Assembly (NCBI GenBank): GCA_965227515.1
Contig: CBDDFZ010000001.1
Span: forward strand, 288,001-352,000
DNA length: 64,000 nucleotides
From: Alphaproteobacteria bacterium
GTDB taxonomy: Bacteria > Pseudomonadota > Alphaproteobacteria > CALKHQ01
Direction: 5' to 3'
In this document: positions 19,613 through 28,720 of the stretch, in pieces
How positions within the stretch are numbered: the first letter of the stretch is position 1
Layout of the letters: the number at the start of each line of letters is the position of its first letter
The notes under the pieces: model-generated
What the model saw: the letters and a program-made list of their open reading frames with translations, nothing else
What the model was told of the DNA's origin: nothing
The model's database searches: none
Made by a program: the position numbers and the translations under genes

Positions 19613-19777
19613 CTAGTGTGGTGGTTTCGAAGTTCGCCATACAACTGCGGTGGTACTTGCGCGAACTTCGAAACCGAAAACCACACTAGAAACAATATGT
19701 TGCTAGTGTCCCAATCGAATCTGAAGTTCGATCGAGGCCAGCAGATACTGTTACGAACTTCAGGTTCGGGACACTAG
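19613..19777. mobile_element. Tandem pair of CTAG-ended palindromic elements (family C)
   Basis: CTAGTGTGGT..TTCGAAGTTCGC...GCGAACTTCGAA..ACCACACTAG (19613-19689) and CTAGTGTCCC..CTGAAGTTCG...CGAACTTCAG..GGGACACTAG (19703-19777). Confidence 0.85.
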
Positions 19778-21585
19778 CCAGCTTCGCGCAGCAAGGGCGT
19801 AGGTGCCGGCCCCGGCGCCAGCGACACCCGGTTGCGGCCGCCGTTCTTGGCGGCATAGAGGGCCGCGTCCGCCTCGGCCAGCAACGCATCGAGATCGCGC
19901 TCGTCGTACGGACCCGCCACAACCAGGCCCAGCGAGGCGGTCACCACCCCGTCGGTGCCCTGCTCATGGGGAATGCCGCGCGCCTGCAGGCCGGTGCGAA
20001 TGCCCTCGGCCAGGCCCACCGCATCGGGCTGGGCGGACACCTTGAATGCGACCGCGAACTCCTCGCCGCCCAGGCGAACCGCCAGATCCTGCTCGCGCCG
20101 CAGGCTGGCGCGCAATGTCGCGCCCACCTCCACCAGCACAACGTCGCCGGCGGCGTGGCCATAGGTGTCGTTGTAGGCCTTGAAGTTGTCGACATCGATC
20201 GCCGCGATGGCAAACAGCGAACCTTCCGCGCGGGTTTGCGCCAGCAGCGCCGGCCCGTCCTGGTTGAACCGCCGCCGGTTGCCGAGCCCGGTCAACTCGT
20301 CGATCAGCGACAGGTCGCGGAACCGCTTGTGCGCGGAGATGTCCTGCCAGATGACCGTGTAGCCGACGGTCTCGTCCTTGCGGCGCAGCGGCGAGATGAC
20401 GGCCTGCGCCCAGAGGGTCTCGCCGTTGGCGCGCCGCAATTCGACCTCGTCGGACCACGGGTCGCTGCCGTCGCCGAGCCCGGACAACGCGCGATCGGCC
20501 CAGCCCGCGCCCTCCTCCGGCATCCGGGCAATGTCCGACAGGCGCGGACCCACGATGTCGGCCGCGTCGCAATCCACCGCCAGGCACAGGGCGTTGGTGG
20601 CTTCGGTCACCACGCCGTCCGCGTCCAGGCGCGCGCTCATCACATGCTCGTCGAGGCTTGCCACCGCGCCCTGCACATGGCCGACCCGGCGTACCATCCG
20701 GCACAGCAACAGCGCCGCGCCGACCAGCAACAACGCACCGCAGCCGATGCCGACCCACAGCCACGGCGAAACGAACACGCTCTCCTCGAAGGTCACGCGG
20801 AACCAGCGCCGCCAGATCTCGTCCTTCTGTGCCGGGCTGATGGCGGCGAATGCCTTGTCCAGGCTGCTGGCCAGTGCCGCGTCCTCGGCGCGCACGACCA
20901 TGACGACCTCGCCCAGAACCGGCAGTTCGCCATTGATCTTGATATTGGTGATCGCGGCCTGGGCCATGAAGTAGCTGACGATGGGCAGATCGGCGACGAA
21001 TGCATCCCACCGTCCGGTCGCAATTCCCGTCAGGGCCTCGTCGGGCGGCACGAATTGGCCATCCTCGCCAACGCCGTGGCGGCGCAGCTCCTCCAGGGCC
21101 GGGGGCGTTCCGACAATGTCGAGGCCGGCCAGATCGGCGAAGTCGCCCACAAACGGGGCATCGGCCGCGGTGACGACGACGGTCGGAAACGTCAAGTAGG
21201 CCCCGGTCGCGATGGCCCAGCCGTCGCTCAGCGCCTTGTTGTTGGTCATGGAGTGGGAGACCAGCGCGACGTCGCCATTCTCCAGCGCCTGCATGGTGCG
21301 GCGGTGGGAGCGATGGGTGCGCAGCACCAACTCGAACTCGACCCCCAGCATCTCGCTGGCGGCAGCCAGATAGTCGCCGGCAACGCCGCTCAGGTCGCCG
21401 CCTTCATCATCGAAGATGACGATCGGAGCAAAGAAATCGCTGGCAACGGGAATGACGGGATGATCGGACAACCAGGCGCGTTCCGCGTCGGTCAGGTCCA
21501 ATGTGTTCGCAGAGGCCGCCGGGACGCCCAACATCGCGACAGCCGCCAACAACGACGCACAGGCGCCGATGGTTTTTCGTGTCAT
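19774..21585 (-). CDS. Diguanylate cyclase (periplasmic SBP-like sensor, TM, PAS, GGDEF)
   Basis: Signal peptide, LTDAERAWL SBP-type start, TM helix, PAS/PAC, DELTGLGNRR, DVDNFKAYNDTYGH, RxxD I-site and RLGGEEF. Confidence 0.93.
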   Translation of the reverse strand: MTRKTIGACASLLAAVAMLGVPAASANTLDLTDAERAWLSDHPVIPVASDFFAPIVIFDDEGGDLSGVAGDYLAAASEMLGVEFELVLRTHRSHRRTMQALENGDVALVSHSMTNNKALSDGWAIATGAYLTFPTVVVTAADAPFVGDFADLAGLDIVGTPPALEELRRHGVGEDGQFVPPDEALTGIATGRWDAFVADLPIVSYFMAQAAITNIKINGELPVLGEVVMVVRAEDAALASSLDKAFAAISPAQKDEIWRRWFRVTFEESVFVSPWLWVGIGCGALLLVGAALLLCRMVRRVGHVQGAVASLDEHVMSARLDADGVVTEATNALCLAVDCDAADIVGPRLSDIARMPEEGAGWADRALSGLGDGSDPWSDEVELRRANGETLWAQAVISPLRRKDETVGYTVIWQDISAHKRFRDLSLIDELTGLGNRRRFNQDGPALLAQTRAEGSLFAIAAIDVDNFKAYNDTYGHAAGDVVLVEVGATLRASLRREQDLAVRLGGEEFAVAFKVSAQPDAVGLAEGIRTGLQARGIPHEQGTDGVVTASLGLVVAGPYDERDLDALLAEADAALYAAKNGGRNRVSLAPGPAPTPLLREAG

Positions 21586-21668
21586 GCGCAAGGCCCGCAC
21601 CGTCTCCCACACATCCGGTTGAGCGTTTGGTATCGGCTTGAAACTTGTTCTCCAGGCATGCCGCCAAA

Positions 21669-21676
21669 ATGGTTAA
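21669..21676 (-). promoter_or_regulatory. CtrA half-site-like motif TTAACCAT
   Basis: Exact TTAACCAT on the minus strand upstream of the diguanylate cyclase. Confidence 0.4.
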
Positions 21677-21775
21677 GAAATTGCTGACGACAGCGCCAAA
21701 CAGGCCCCGCGACGTTAAGAATTGCGCCGATGGGAAATGGATGCGTCCCGCGACCACCGCCCGGCTAGCGGACCG

Positions 21776-23113
21776 CTACACCCACGGGCAGTGGGTGGTG
21801 CCGGAACCGAAAGCGCGGCCCTCGGCGAACCGCGCCATGGCGAATGGCTCCAGGTCGGCGACATTGGCGCCGTTGACGATGTGGTCGGCCACCAGCTTGC
21901 CGACGCCGGTCATCTTGAATCCGTGGCCTGAGTCCGCGATCATGTAGACGTTGTCGCGCACCCAGTCGAACACCGGCACGTTGTCGGCGGTGAAGGCGCC
22001 GATGCCGCCGGACATCCGGTCCTTGAACTGGGGACGGATGCCCTTGAAGCGGTCCATGAACATGCCCATGCAGGCGGTGATGTAGTCCGGGAACTCGGCC
22101 CCCGGCTGGTACTCGGCATTGGCGTGGCCGTAGGGCTCGGTGTTGGCGTTCGGGCCGACCTCCACCGGCATCGCGCCGCCCTGAATGCCCGGCCGCTCCA
22201 TCCGCTCGGTGCCGTTCTTCCAGTAGATGTAGACGTTGTCCTTGATTTCGTCGCCCGAGGTCGGGTCGACGACCGGCGTGTTCATCAGCTCGATATGCAG
22301 CACCGGCGGATTGAGGCCGCGCGCGGTGGCATAAGGGCCGTCATAGTAGATCTCGCCCTCCTCCAGCCGCCAATAGGTCCAGGCGTCCTTGCCCGCGACA
22401 TGGCTGCCGTCGCGGTAGCCGACATCCATCGTCATCGGCAGGCCGAGCTTCTCCCAGTGCAGCGGCGTCCACGGCCCCAGCCCCAGCACCACCGCGTCGC
22501 ACGCGATCCGCCCCTTGTTGGTGACGACGGCGGAGACCCGGTTGTTGGCGAGGTCGTACTCCTCCACCTCGACGCCGGAGAAGATGCGCACGCCGTGGCG
22601 TTCGCACAGCTCGGTCAGCCCCTTCACCATCTGGGCGGTGCCGGCATATCCCGACAGCCGCTCGTGGATCACCACGTCGATGGAGTGGTGGTTGAAATCG
22701 GGCCACAGGCTCGACAGGTGGTCGCGCGCCTCCTTGCCGACGTAGAGGTCGGATGTATAGCCCGCCGCCTGCTGGCTGGCGTGCATGCGCTCGTAATCGC
22801 CGATCTGGTTCGACTCGCCGCAGGAGACATAGCCCACCTGCTGGAAGCCCAGGCGCACCGGGTCGTAGTTCCACACGTCGACCGAATGCTTGATGATCGG
22901 GTGCAGTGCCTCGGTCATGTAGAAGCCGCGCACGCAGCCGCAGGCCACCCCGGTGGACCCGGCCCCCGGCGCCGACTTGTCGAGCACGATGACGTCGGCG
23001 CCCGAGCCGCCGCGCTTCTCCAGCGCCATGGCCATGTGCCACGCCGTCGACAGGCCATGGACTCCGGCGCCGACGATGGCGTAGCGGACGGACGACGGCA
23101 GGCTATCGGTCAT
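21776..23113 (-). CDS. FAD-dependent oxidoreductase, sarcosine oxidase beta / DAO family
   Basis: IVGAGVHGLSTA, GSTGVACG, FTADNVPV, DSGHGFK. Confidence 0.88.
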   Translation of the reverse strand: MTDSLPSSVRYAIVGAGVHGLSTAWHMAMALEKRGGSGADVIVLDKSAPGAGSTGVACGCVRGFYMTEALHPIIKHSVDVWNYDPVRLGFQQVGYVSCGESNQIGDYERMHASQQAAGYTSDLYVGKEARDHLSSLWPDFNHHSIDVVIHERLSGYAGTAQMVKGLTELCERHGVRIFSGVEVEEYDLANNRVSAVVTNKGRIACDAVVLGLGPWTPLHWEKLGLPMTMDVGYRDGSHVAGKDAWTYWRLEEGEIYYDGPYATARGLNPPVLHIELMNTPVVDPTSGDEIKDNVYIYWKNGTERMERPGIQGGAMPVEVGPNANTEPYGHANAEYQPGAEFPDYITACMGMFMDRFKGIRPQFKDRMSGGIGAFTADNVPVFDWVRDNVYMIADSGHGFKMTGVGKLVADHIVNGANVADLEPFAMARFAEGRAFGSGTTHCPWV

Positions 23114-23167
23114 GTCTATGCTCCGGCCGGCGTTGTAGGGGCCGGCATTGCTATGGGATCGCTGGCT

Positions 23168-24235
23168 CTAGAGTTTGCCCGTAAACGACTGGTTGTGGGC
23201 GCGCAAGGTCGCATCGCTGCCGAACGCGAAGTGCTTCGACATATCGACCGAGAACTGGCTGGCGACCGTGGTGCGGCCCAGCGCCTCGGCCATCTGGCGG
23301 GTGTGGTGCGGGCCGTTGCCGCAGCAGATACCGAGATAATTGATGCCGGCGGCATAGGCCGCCTTGGCGAATTCCCCGATCTCGTAGCGATTGCAGGTGA
23401 ACGGGTCGAGCGCGACCGGGAACGGGCGGTCGTCCGGAATGCAGTGGCAGCCCGGGTCGCGCAGCGACTGGAAGGTCGGCTCGGCCTCGTGAGTGCGATA
23501 GGGCACCGGCAACGCCGCCACATGGCAGCTCACCGCCTGACGCACCGCCAACGCGTGGGGCAGCATGGTGTCCGGCCCGCGATGGCAGTTGACGCCGACC
23601 ACGTCCGCGCCGGCGTCCTGCAGCTTCAGGCATGCCGTCGCCGGGTCGTCGCCATCGCGCATCACCCCTTCGCGGTGGACGGACATGGTAACCACCGACG
23701 GCACCTGGGCTGTCAGCATGACTTCCAGCGCGATCAGGGCCTCCTCAAGGTAGGAGAAGGTCTCGCCGACGATGAGGTCGACCCCGGCCTCGACCGCCCA
23801 GCCGACCTGCTCCTCGAAGATGTCGCGGACCACGCGCCGGGTGCCGTCGTCGGCCGGATCGAACACGTTGGTGTTGCAGATGTTGCCGGCGACCAGCGGG
23901 GCTTCCCCGGCAAACTCGTCGGCGACCTCCTTGGCGATGGCCAGCGCCTGCCGGTTCAGCGGCTCCAGCAGGTCTTCCTTGCCGATCAGCCGCAGCTTCT
24001 CGCGGTGGCCGTAATAGGTGAATGCCTCAACGATGTCCGACCCGGCGCGCACGAACTCGCGGTGCAGTTGCTTCACCGCTTCCGGGTCGGTCAGCACCAC
24101 CTCCGGCACGAACGGTCCGGCCTGCACATAGCCGCGGCGCTCCAACTCGAACAGATAGCCCTCGGCGCAGATCACCGGCCCGTCATTCAGCCGCTCCATC
24201 AGGCCGCGTTTGACGACTTCGACAGATACACTCAT
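23168..24235 (-). CDS. bhmT: Betaine--homocysteine S-methyltransferase-like protein
   Basis: EGYLFELERRGY, EFVRAGSD..EAFTYY, Zn ligands GVNC and GICCG. Confidence 0.85.
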   Translation of the reverse strand: MSVSVEVVKRGLMERLNDGPVICAEGYLFELERRGYVQAGPFVPEVVLTDPEAVKQLHREFVRAGSDIVEAFTYYGHREKLRLIGKEDLLEPLNRQALAIAKEVADEFAGEAPLVAGNICNTNVFDPADDGTRRVVRDIFEEQVGWAVEAGVDLIVGETFSYLEEALIALEVMLTAQVPSVVTMSVHREGVMRDGDDPATACLKLQDAGADVVGVNCHRGPDTMLPHALAVRQAVSCHVAALPVPYRTHEAEPTFQSLRDPGCHCIPDDRPFPVALDPFTCNRYEIGEFAKAAYAAGINYLGICCGNGPHHTRQMAEALGRTTVASQFSVDMSKHFAFGSDATLRAHNQSFTGKL

Positions 24236-24430
24236 GGTCTGGCCCCCAAGCGCAAGGCGCCGCCCGATCACACTTGCGGCGCACGAATTCTGGGGCGGGG
24301 CGTTACCACCTATCGCTTTGGCGCAACAACATAAATCAAGTATCCGACAGGAAAATTCTCACCCGAATGCAACTATGTGTCGGTTTGGGACTATGATCGG
24401 TCGCAAGCGGCAAAGTGGGTGGAGGCGAGA

Positions 24431-25759
24431 ATGACGCCAAGCAACGGCACAGGCGACGATCTGCCAGGCGACAATCTGCCAGGCGACGATCTGAACGACC
24501 TGCTCGGCGCGATGGTCGAGGCGACCGATGCGCGGAAGGCCGCGCCCGCGGCACCGTCCCTGCACGACGTGGTGCGCGCCCTCAACAGCCTGCGCACGGG
24601 CCTGCCCGGTGCGGCGCCGACCGTGGCGCGCGGCCTGGTGGAAGAGGCGCTGGGCGCGGTGGAGCGGGTCTGCGACACCCAAGTCGCCCAGGTGACCGGC
24701 GATATCAGGTTTCGCGATCTGGCCGGGCGTTGGCGCGCGTTGGCGGCAATGGTGGATTGCGCCGGCGACGGCGGCCCGGCGAAGGTGCAAGTGCTGTCGG
24801 CGACGGCGGCGGAATGGCGCCACGACGCGACCGCCGGCGAGTTCGACGACACCGCCCTGTTCGCCCGCCTCTACATCGACCCCTACATGGCCGACGCCGA
24901 CCCGTTGTCGGTGCTGGTGATCGACGAGACGTTCGGCCAGCGCCCCGACGAGATCGCGGTGCTGTCGGCCGCCATGCAGTCGGCGGCGACCGCCCACACG
25001 GTCGTGCTGGCAACGGCCGACCCGGCCTTTTTCGGCGCCAACGACCTGTCCAGCCTCACCGGCGGCGGGCGCATCGGGCAGGTGCTGGCGGGGCCGCAAG
25101 CGATCGCCTGGCGCGGCCTGCGCGAGGCGCCGGAGGCGGGGCATCTGGGCCTGGTCGCCAGCGGCGCCACACTTGCGGATGGCACCGAGATCACCGGCGC
25201 GATGGCGGCCGGCATCGCCATTGCCGCCGGCGTAGCGGCCACCGGCTGGCCGGCCTATGCCTGGCCGGAGGCGGACGCGCCGGGTGCGTCGCTGGTGGTC
25301 GACCTCGACGACCGCGATGCCGGCGACCTCGCCGAGCACGGCATCATCCCGCTGGCCGACGGGGCAACGGGCGGGGTCGCCCCCGGTGCCCTGCCGTCGG
25401 CGATGAAGCCGACCCACTACCGCGACGCCCAGGCCAACGTGCTGGCACGGGCCATGGCCCAGCTCGCCTACACCATGGCGATTTCGCGCTATGCCCAGGC
25501 GATCAAGCTGATGGCGCGCGACGGCACGCTGGCCGGCGATGCGATGACGATGAGTGCCGCGGCCGGCGCCTGGCTCACCGGCTACGTGGCGGAAAGCCCC
25601 GAAGCCGAGCACCCGCTGACCGAAGGCTCGGTCAGCATCGTTGCCGTGCCCGACGCGCCCGGCGCCTTCGATGCCGAGATCGCGCTCAAGCCCGGGCTTG
25701 GGTTCGGCCGCCAGACCGCGACTTGCCAGCTCACCTTGCCGCTGCCGGACCCGGTTTGA
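24431..25759 (+). CDS. Diverged type VI secretion contractile-sheath large subunit (TssC/VipB-like), orphan
   Basis: F..L...WRAL..MVD, KVQVL, EFDDTALF..LY, AH..VLA.ADPAFFG, GIIPL, KP.HY, AQL.Y.MAISRYA..IK, HPL.E..V....PD.PG.F follow the TssC motif order. GGAGG RBS. Confidence 0.75.
   Translation: MTPSNGTGDDLPGDNLPGDDLNDLLGAMVEATDARKAAPAAPSLHDVVRALNSLRTGLPGAAPTVARGLVEEALGAVERVCDTQVAQVTGDIRFRDLAGRWRALAAMVDCAGDGGPAKVQVLSATAAEWRHDATAGEFDDTALFARLYIDPYMADADPLSVLVIDETFGQRPDEIAVLSAAMQSAATAHTVVLATADPAFFGANDLSSLTGGGRIGQVLAGPQAIAWRGLREAPEAGHLGLVASGATLADGTEITGAMAAGIAIAAGVAATGWPAYAWPEADAPGASLVVDLDDRDAGDLAEHGIIPLADGATGGVAPGALPSAMKPTHYRDAQANVLARAMAQLAYTMAISRYAQAIKLMARDGTLAGDAMTMSAAAGAWLTGYVAESPEAEHPLTEGSVSIVAVPDAPGAFDAEIALKPGLGFGRQTATCQLTLPLPDPV
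24450..24493. repeat. 15-bp tandem repeat x3 (GDDLP/GDNLP) in the TssC-like N-terminus
   Basis: CAGGCGACRATCTGC repeated. Confidence 0.85.
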
Positions 25760-25806
25760 GGGTTGCCGTAGCGAGTGGCATTAATGCCGGCTAATCTCCG
25801 CCGGCC

Positions 25807-26817
25807 ATGAATTCGTTCACCTACATCGCCCGGCGGCTGGCCCTGGCGGTGCCCACGTTGCTGGGCGTCGCCATCATCACCTTCATCGTGCTGCGCGTGG
25901 TGCCCGGCAACCCGATCGCGATGATGATCCCGCCCGGCGCCACCGAGGCCGACATCGCCCGGCTTGAAGCGCTCTACGGCTTCGACCGGTCGATCTTCGC
26001 CCAGTTCGGCATCTGGATCGCCGATGCGGTGCAGGGCGACTTCGGCACCTCCATCAGCCTGCGCGCCGATGTGATGGACCTGGTGCTGCACGCGCTGCCG
26101 GCGACGCTGGAGCTGTGCCTGCTGGCGATCCTGATCGCGATGGGGCTGGGCGGCGGGCTGGCCGTGGTCGGCGCGCGCTTCGGCGGCTGGGCGGAAGCCG
26201 TCATCGACGGCGTTGTCGCGTTCGTGCAGTCGATCCCCGATTTCCTGTGGGGCCTGCTGCTGATCCTGCTGTTCGGCGTGCTGTTCTTCGACATGCCGAT
26301 CTCGATGCGCCACGACCCGCGCGCCGCCATCGACACCGCGACCCAGTTCTACTTGCTCGAGAGTATCGTCACCGGCCGCTTCGCGCTGACCGGCGACCTG
26401 CTGCGCCATCTGATCATGCCGGCCGCCGCACTGGCATTGCCGCTGGCGGCGGTGATCGCGCGCGTCCTGAAGTCGTCGCTGAAAGAGGCGCTGACCCAGG
26501 ACTACGTGATGCTGGCGCGGGTGAAGGGCCATGGCCGCTGGGCGGTCGTGATCGGCCAGGCGCTGCGCAACGCGGCGATCCCCACCGTCACCCTGACCGG
26601 GGTGCAGTTCACCTTCCTGGTCGGCGGCACCGTGCTGATCGAGAAGATCTTCTCCTATCCCGGCATCGGCGGCATGGCCATCGACGCCGTGATCAACCGC
26701 GACCTGCCGCTGATCCAGGGCCTGGTGCTGATGTTCGCGGTGCTGTTCATTGCGGTCAATCTTGCCATCGACCTCACCTACGCCGTGCTGAACCCGAGGC
26801 TGCGCCATGCGCAGTGA
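25807..26817 (+). CDS. Peptide/nickel ABC transporter permease (DppB-like)
   Basis: PGNP, GDFGTS, LPATLEL, QDYVMLARVKG, EKIFSYPGIG, RDLPLIQG. Confidence 0.93.
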   Translation: MNSFTYIARRLALAVPTLLGVAIITFIVLRVVPGNPIAMMIPPGATEADIARLEALYGFDRSIFAQFGIWIADAVQGDFGTSISLRADVMDLVLHALPATLELCLLAILIAMGLGGGLAVVGARFGGWAEAVIDGVVAFVQSIPDFLWGLLLILLFGVLFFDMPISMRHDPRAAIDTATQFYLLESIVTGRFALTGDLLRHLIMPAAALALPLAAVIARVLKSSLKEALTQDYVMLARVKGHGRWAVVIGQALRNAAIPTVTLTGVQFTFLVGGTVLIEKIFSYPGIGGMAIDAVINRDLPLIQGLVLMFAVLFIAVNLAIDLTYAVLNPRLRHAQ

Positions 26818-27700
26818 GGCCACTGCTATTGCACCGGTGCGGCTGCCGCCCAGACGCGGGGCGCTGGCCGCCGCGCTGACCAACCCGCGGGTGCTGATCG
26901 GCGGCACCATCATGCTGGCGCTGGCCGTGGTCGCCATCGCGGCACCCTGGCTGGCGCCGCGCGACCCGCTGGAGCAGGACTTCATCTCGTTCTTCGCCGC
27001 CCCGTTCTGGATGGACGGCGCCTACCCGGAGTTCATCCTCGGGACCGACAGCCTGAGCCGCGACATCCTCTCCCGCCTGATCCACGGCACCCGGGTGGCG
27101 CTGACCGTCGCGGTGATCGCGGCGACGCTGGCCTGCCTTCTTGGCACCGTCCTCGGCATGCTGGCCGGCTATTTCGGCGGCAAGGTCGACATGGCGATCT
27201 CCCGCCTGGTCGACATCTGGATGGCGTTCCCGCCGGTGCTGCTGTCGGTGGTGCTGGTGGCGGTGATCGGCGCCGGCCTGAACGCGGTGATCATCGCCAT
27301 CGTGGTGGTGGACTGGACCCGGTTCTGCCGCGTGGTGCGCGCCGAGGTGATGGTGCAGCGCGCCCAGGACTACGTGACGTCGGCGCGGACCATCGGGCTC
27401 GGCGGCTGGCGCGTCCTGGTCGGCGAGATCCTGCCCAATGTGGCGCCGCTGCTGATCGTGCTGCTGACCCTGGAGATGGGCATCGCCGTGGTGGTGGAGG
27501 CGATCCTCAGCTTCGTCGGCCTTTCCGTCGCCTCCGACGATCCGACCTGGGGCGGGATGATCGCGGAGGGGCGCACCAACATCAACCACGCCTGGTGGCT
27601 GATGGCGTTCCCGATGGCCTGCATCGCGGTGACCGTGATCGCGCTCAACTTGCTGGGCGACGGGCTGCGCCACGCCCTGGATCCCGTACTGCGGCGGTGA
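26807..27700 (+). CDS. Peptide/nickel ABC transporter permease (DppC-like)
   Basis: LGTDSLSRDILSRLIHG, ILPNV, PTWGGMI, NLLGDGLRHALDP. Confidence 0.93.
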   Translation: MRSEATAIAPVRLPPRRGALAAALTNPRVLIGGTIMLALAVVAIAAPWLAPRDPLEQDFISFFAAPFWMDGAYPEFILGTDSLSRDILSRLIHGTRVALTVAVIAATLACLLGTVLGMLAGYFGGKVDMAISRLVDIWMAFPPVLLSVVLVAVIGAGLNAVIIAIVVVDWTRFCRVVRAEVMVQRAQDYVTSARTIGLGGWRVLVGEILPNVAPLLIVLLTLEMGIAVVVEAILSFVGLSVASDDPTWGGMIAEGRTNINHAWWLMAFPMACIAVTVIALNLLGDGLRHALDPVLRR

Positions 27701-27727
27701 CACCCAACCGATAGCCATACCACCAAC

Positions 27728-27876
27728 GTCATGCCCGGGCCGGTCCCCGTCCGTATGGAAGGGGACCGAGTCCCGGGTATCCACGTCTTCTGCGCGCGAC
27801 AACTGAAGACGTGGATGCGCCCTCGGGCTCGGCCGTAGGCCGACCCAAGGACAGGCTCCTCAAGTCCGCGCATGAC
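27728..27876. repeat. Family-B-related REP doublet with nested insertions
   Basis: GTCATGCCCGGGC...CCCGGGTATCCACGTCTTC / GAAGACGTGGATGCGC...CAAGTCCGCGCATGAC, with extra hairpins inside both arms. Confidence 0.8.
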
Positions 27877-28003
27877 AACGAGGGCAGATCACGCAGGTGC
27901 CGAGTTGCTGCGGGCGACACGCAATGGCGGCCAGGGCTCCCGCACCCGCAATCCGTGAAGTGCTGCCATGCACAAAGCGCAATTGACTCGCGCGGCCTTC
28001 TCC

Positions 28004-28017
28004 ATCAACTGATTGAT
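28004..28017. promoter_or_regulatory. Probable TetR operator
   Basis: ATCAA-CTGA-TTGAT palindrome downstream of a TTGACT -35, upstream of the TetR gene. Confidence 0.5.
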
Positions 28018-28054
28018 TTGTTGCGACCGCCTCCATGACGGAGGCGAGGAGGAC

Positions 28055-28720
28055 ATGATGGAACACATCGAAACCGTGGACGATGCCACGGCGGCCGAAG
28101 CCGCGCCGCCCACGCGCTCCAGCAGCGCGCGCAGGCGCAGCGACATCGCCGCCGCCGCCCGTGCTTTGATCGTCGAGCGTGGGTTCGAGGGCCTGCGCAC
28201 CCGCGCCATCGCCGACCGGGTCGGCATCAATGTCGCCACCCTGCACTACCACGTGCCGACCAAGCAGGCGCTGGTCGAACTGGTGGCGCAATCCCTGCGC
28301 GACGAGTTCGCCGCCCAGCACGCCGCGCGCCCGCACGAGGGGCTGTCGCCGCTGGAGCGGCTGACCACCAAGCTCGGCAATTACGAGGAAATCCTGTTCG
28401 AGAAGCCCGACGTCATCCAGGTGTTCGCCGAGCTCGGCTCGCGCGAACGGCGGGACGAGGCCGTGCACGCGGTGATGGAGCGGATGCGCACCCAGTGGCG
28501 GCATCACTTCGCCGATATCCTGCGCGACGGGCGCGCCACTGGCGATTTCCGGCCCGACCTGGACCCGGACAATGCGGCCCTGATGATTATTTCCGCCCTG
28601 GTCGGCGTGCGCAGCCATGGCAAGCAGACCCGCGACGAGTTCCACGCCTTCCTCGACGAGATCGTCCGCGCGGTCGTCAGCCCGGCGGCGGCCACTACCC
28701 TGAACGGGTCCGCGGCCTAG
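28055..28720 (+). CDS. TetR/AcrR transcriptional regulator
   Basis: GFEGLRTRAIADRVGINVATLHYHVPTKQAL HTH. Confidence 0.93.
   Translation: MMEHIETVDDATAAEAAPPTRSSSARRRSDIAAAARALIVERGFEGLRTRAIADRVGINVATLHYHVPTKQALVELVAQSLRDEFAAQHAARPHEGLSPLERLTTKLGNYEEILFEKPDVIQVFAELGSRERRDEAVHAVMERMRTQWRHHFADILRDGRATGDFRPDLDPDNAALMIISALVGVRSHGKQTRDEFHAFLDEIVRAVVSPAAATTLNGSAA

Noticed and set aside
24240-24400. SAM-II/SAM-alpha riboswitch upstream of BHMT
   Set aside because: Only TGATTT...TTGC is present. I could not find the P1 pairing or the GCTAAA pseudoknot strand.
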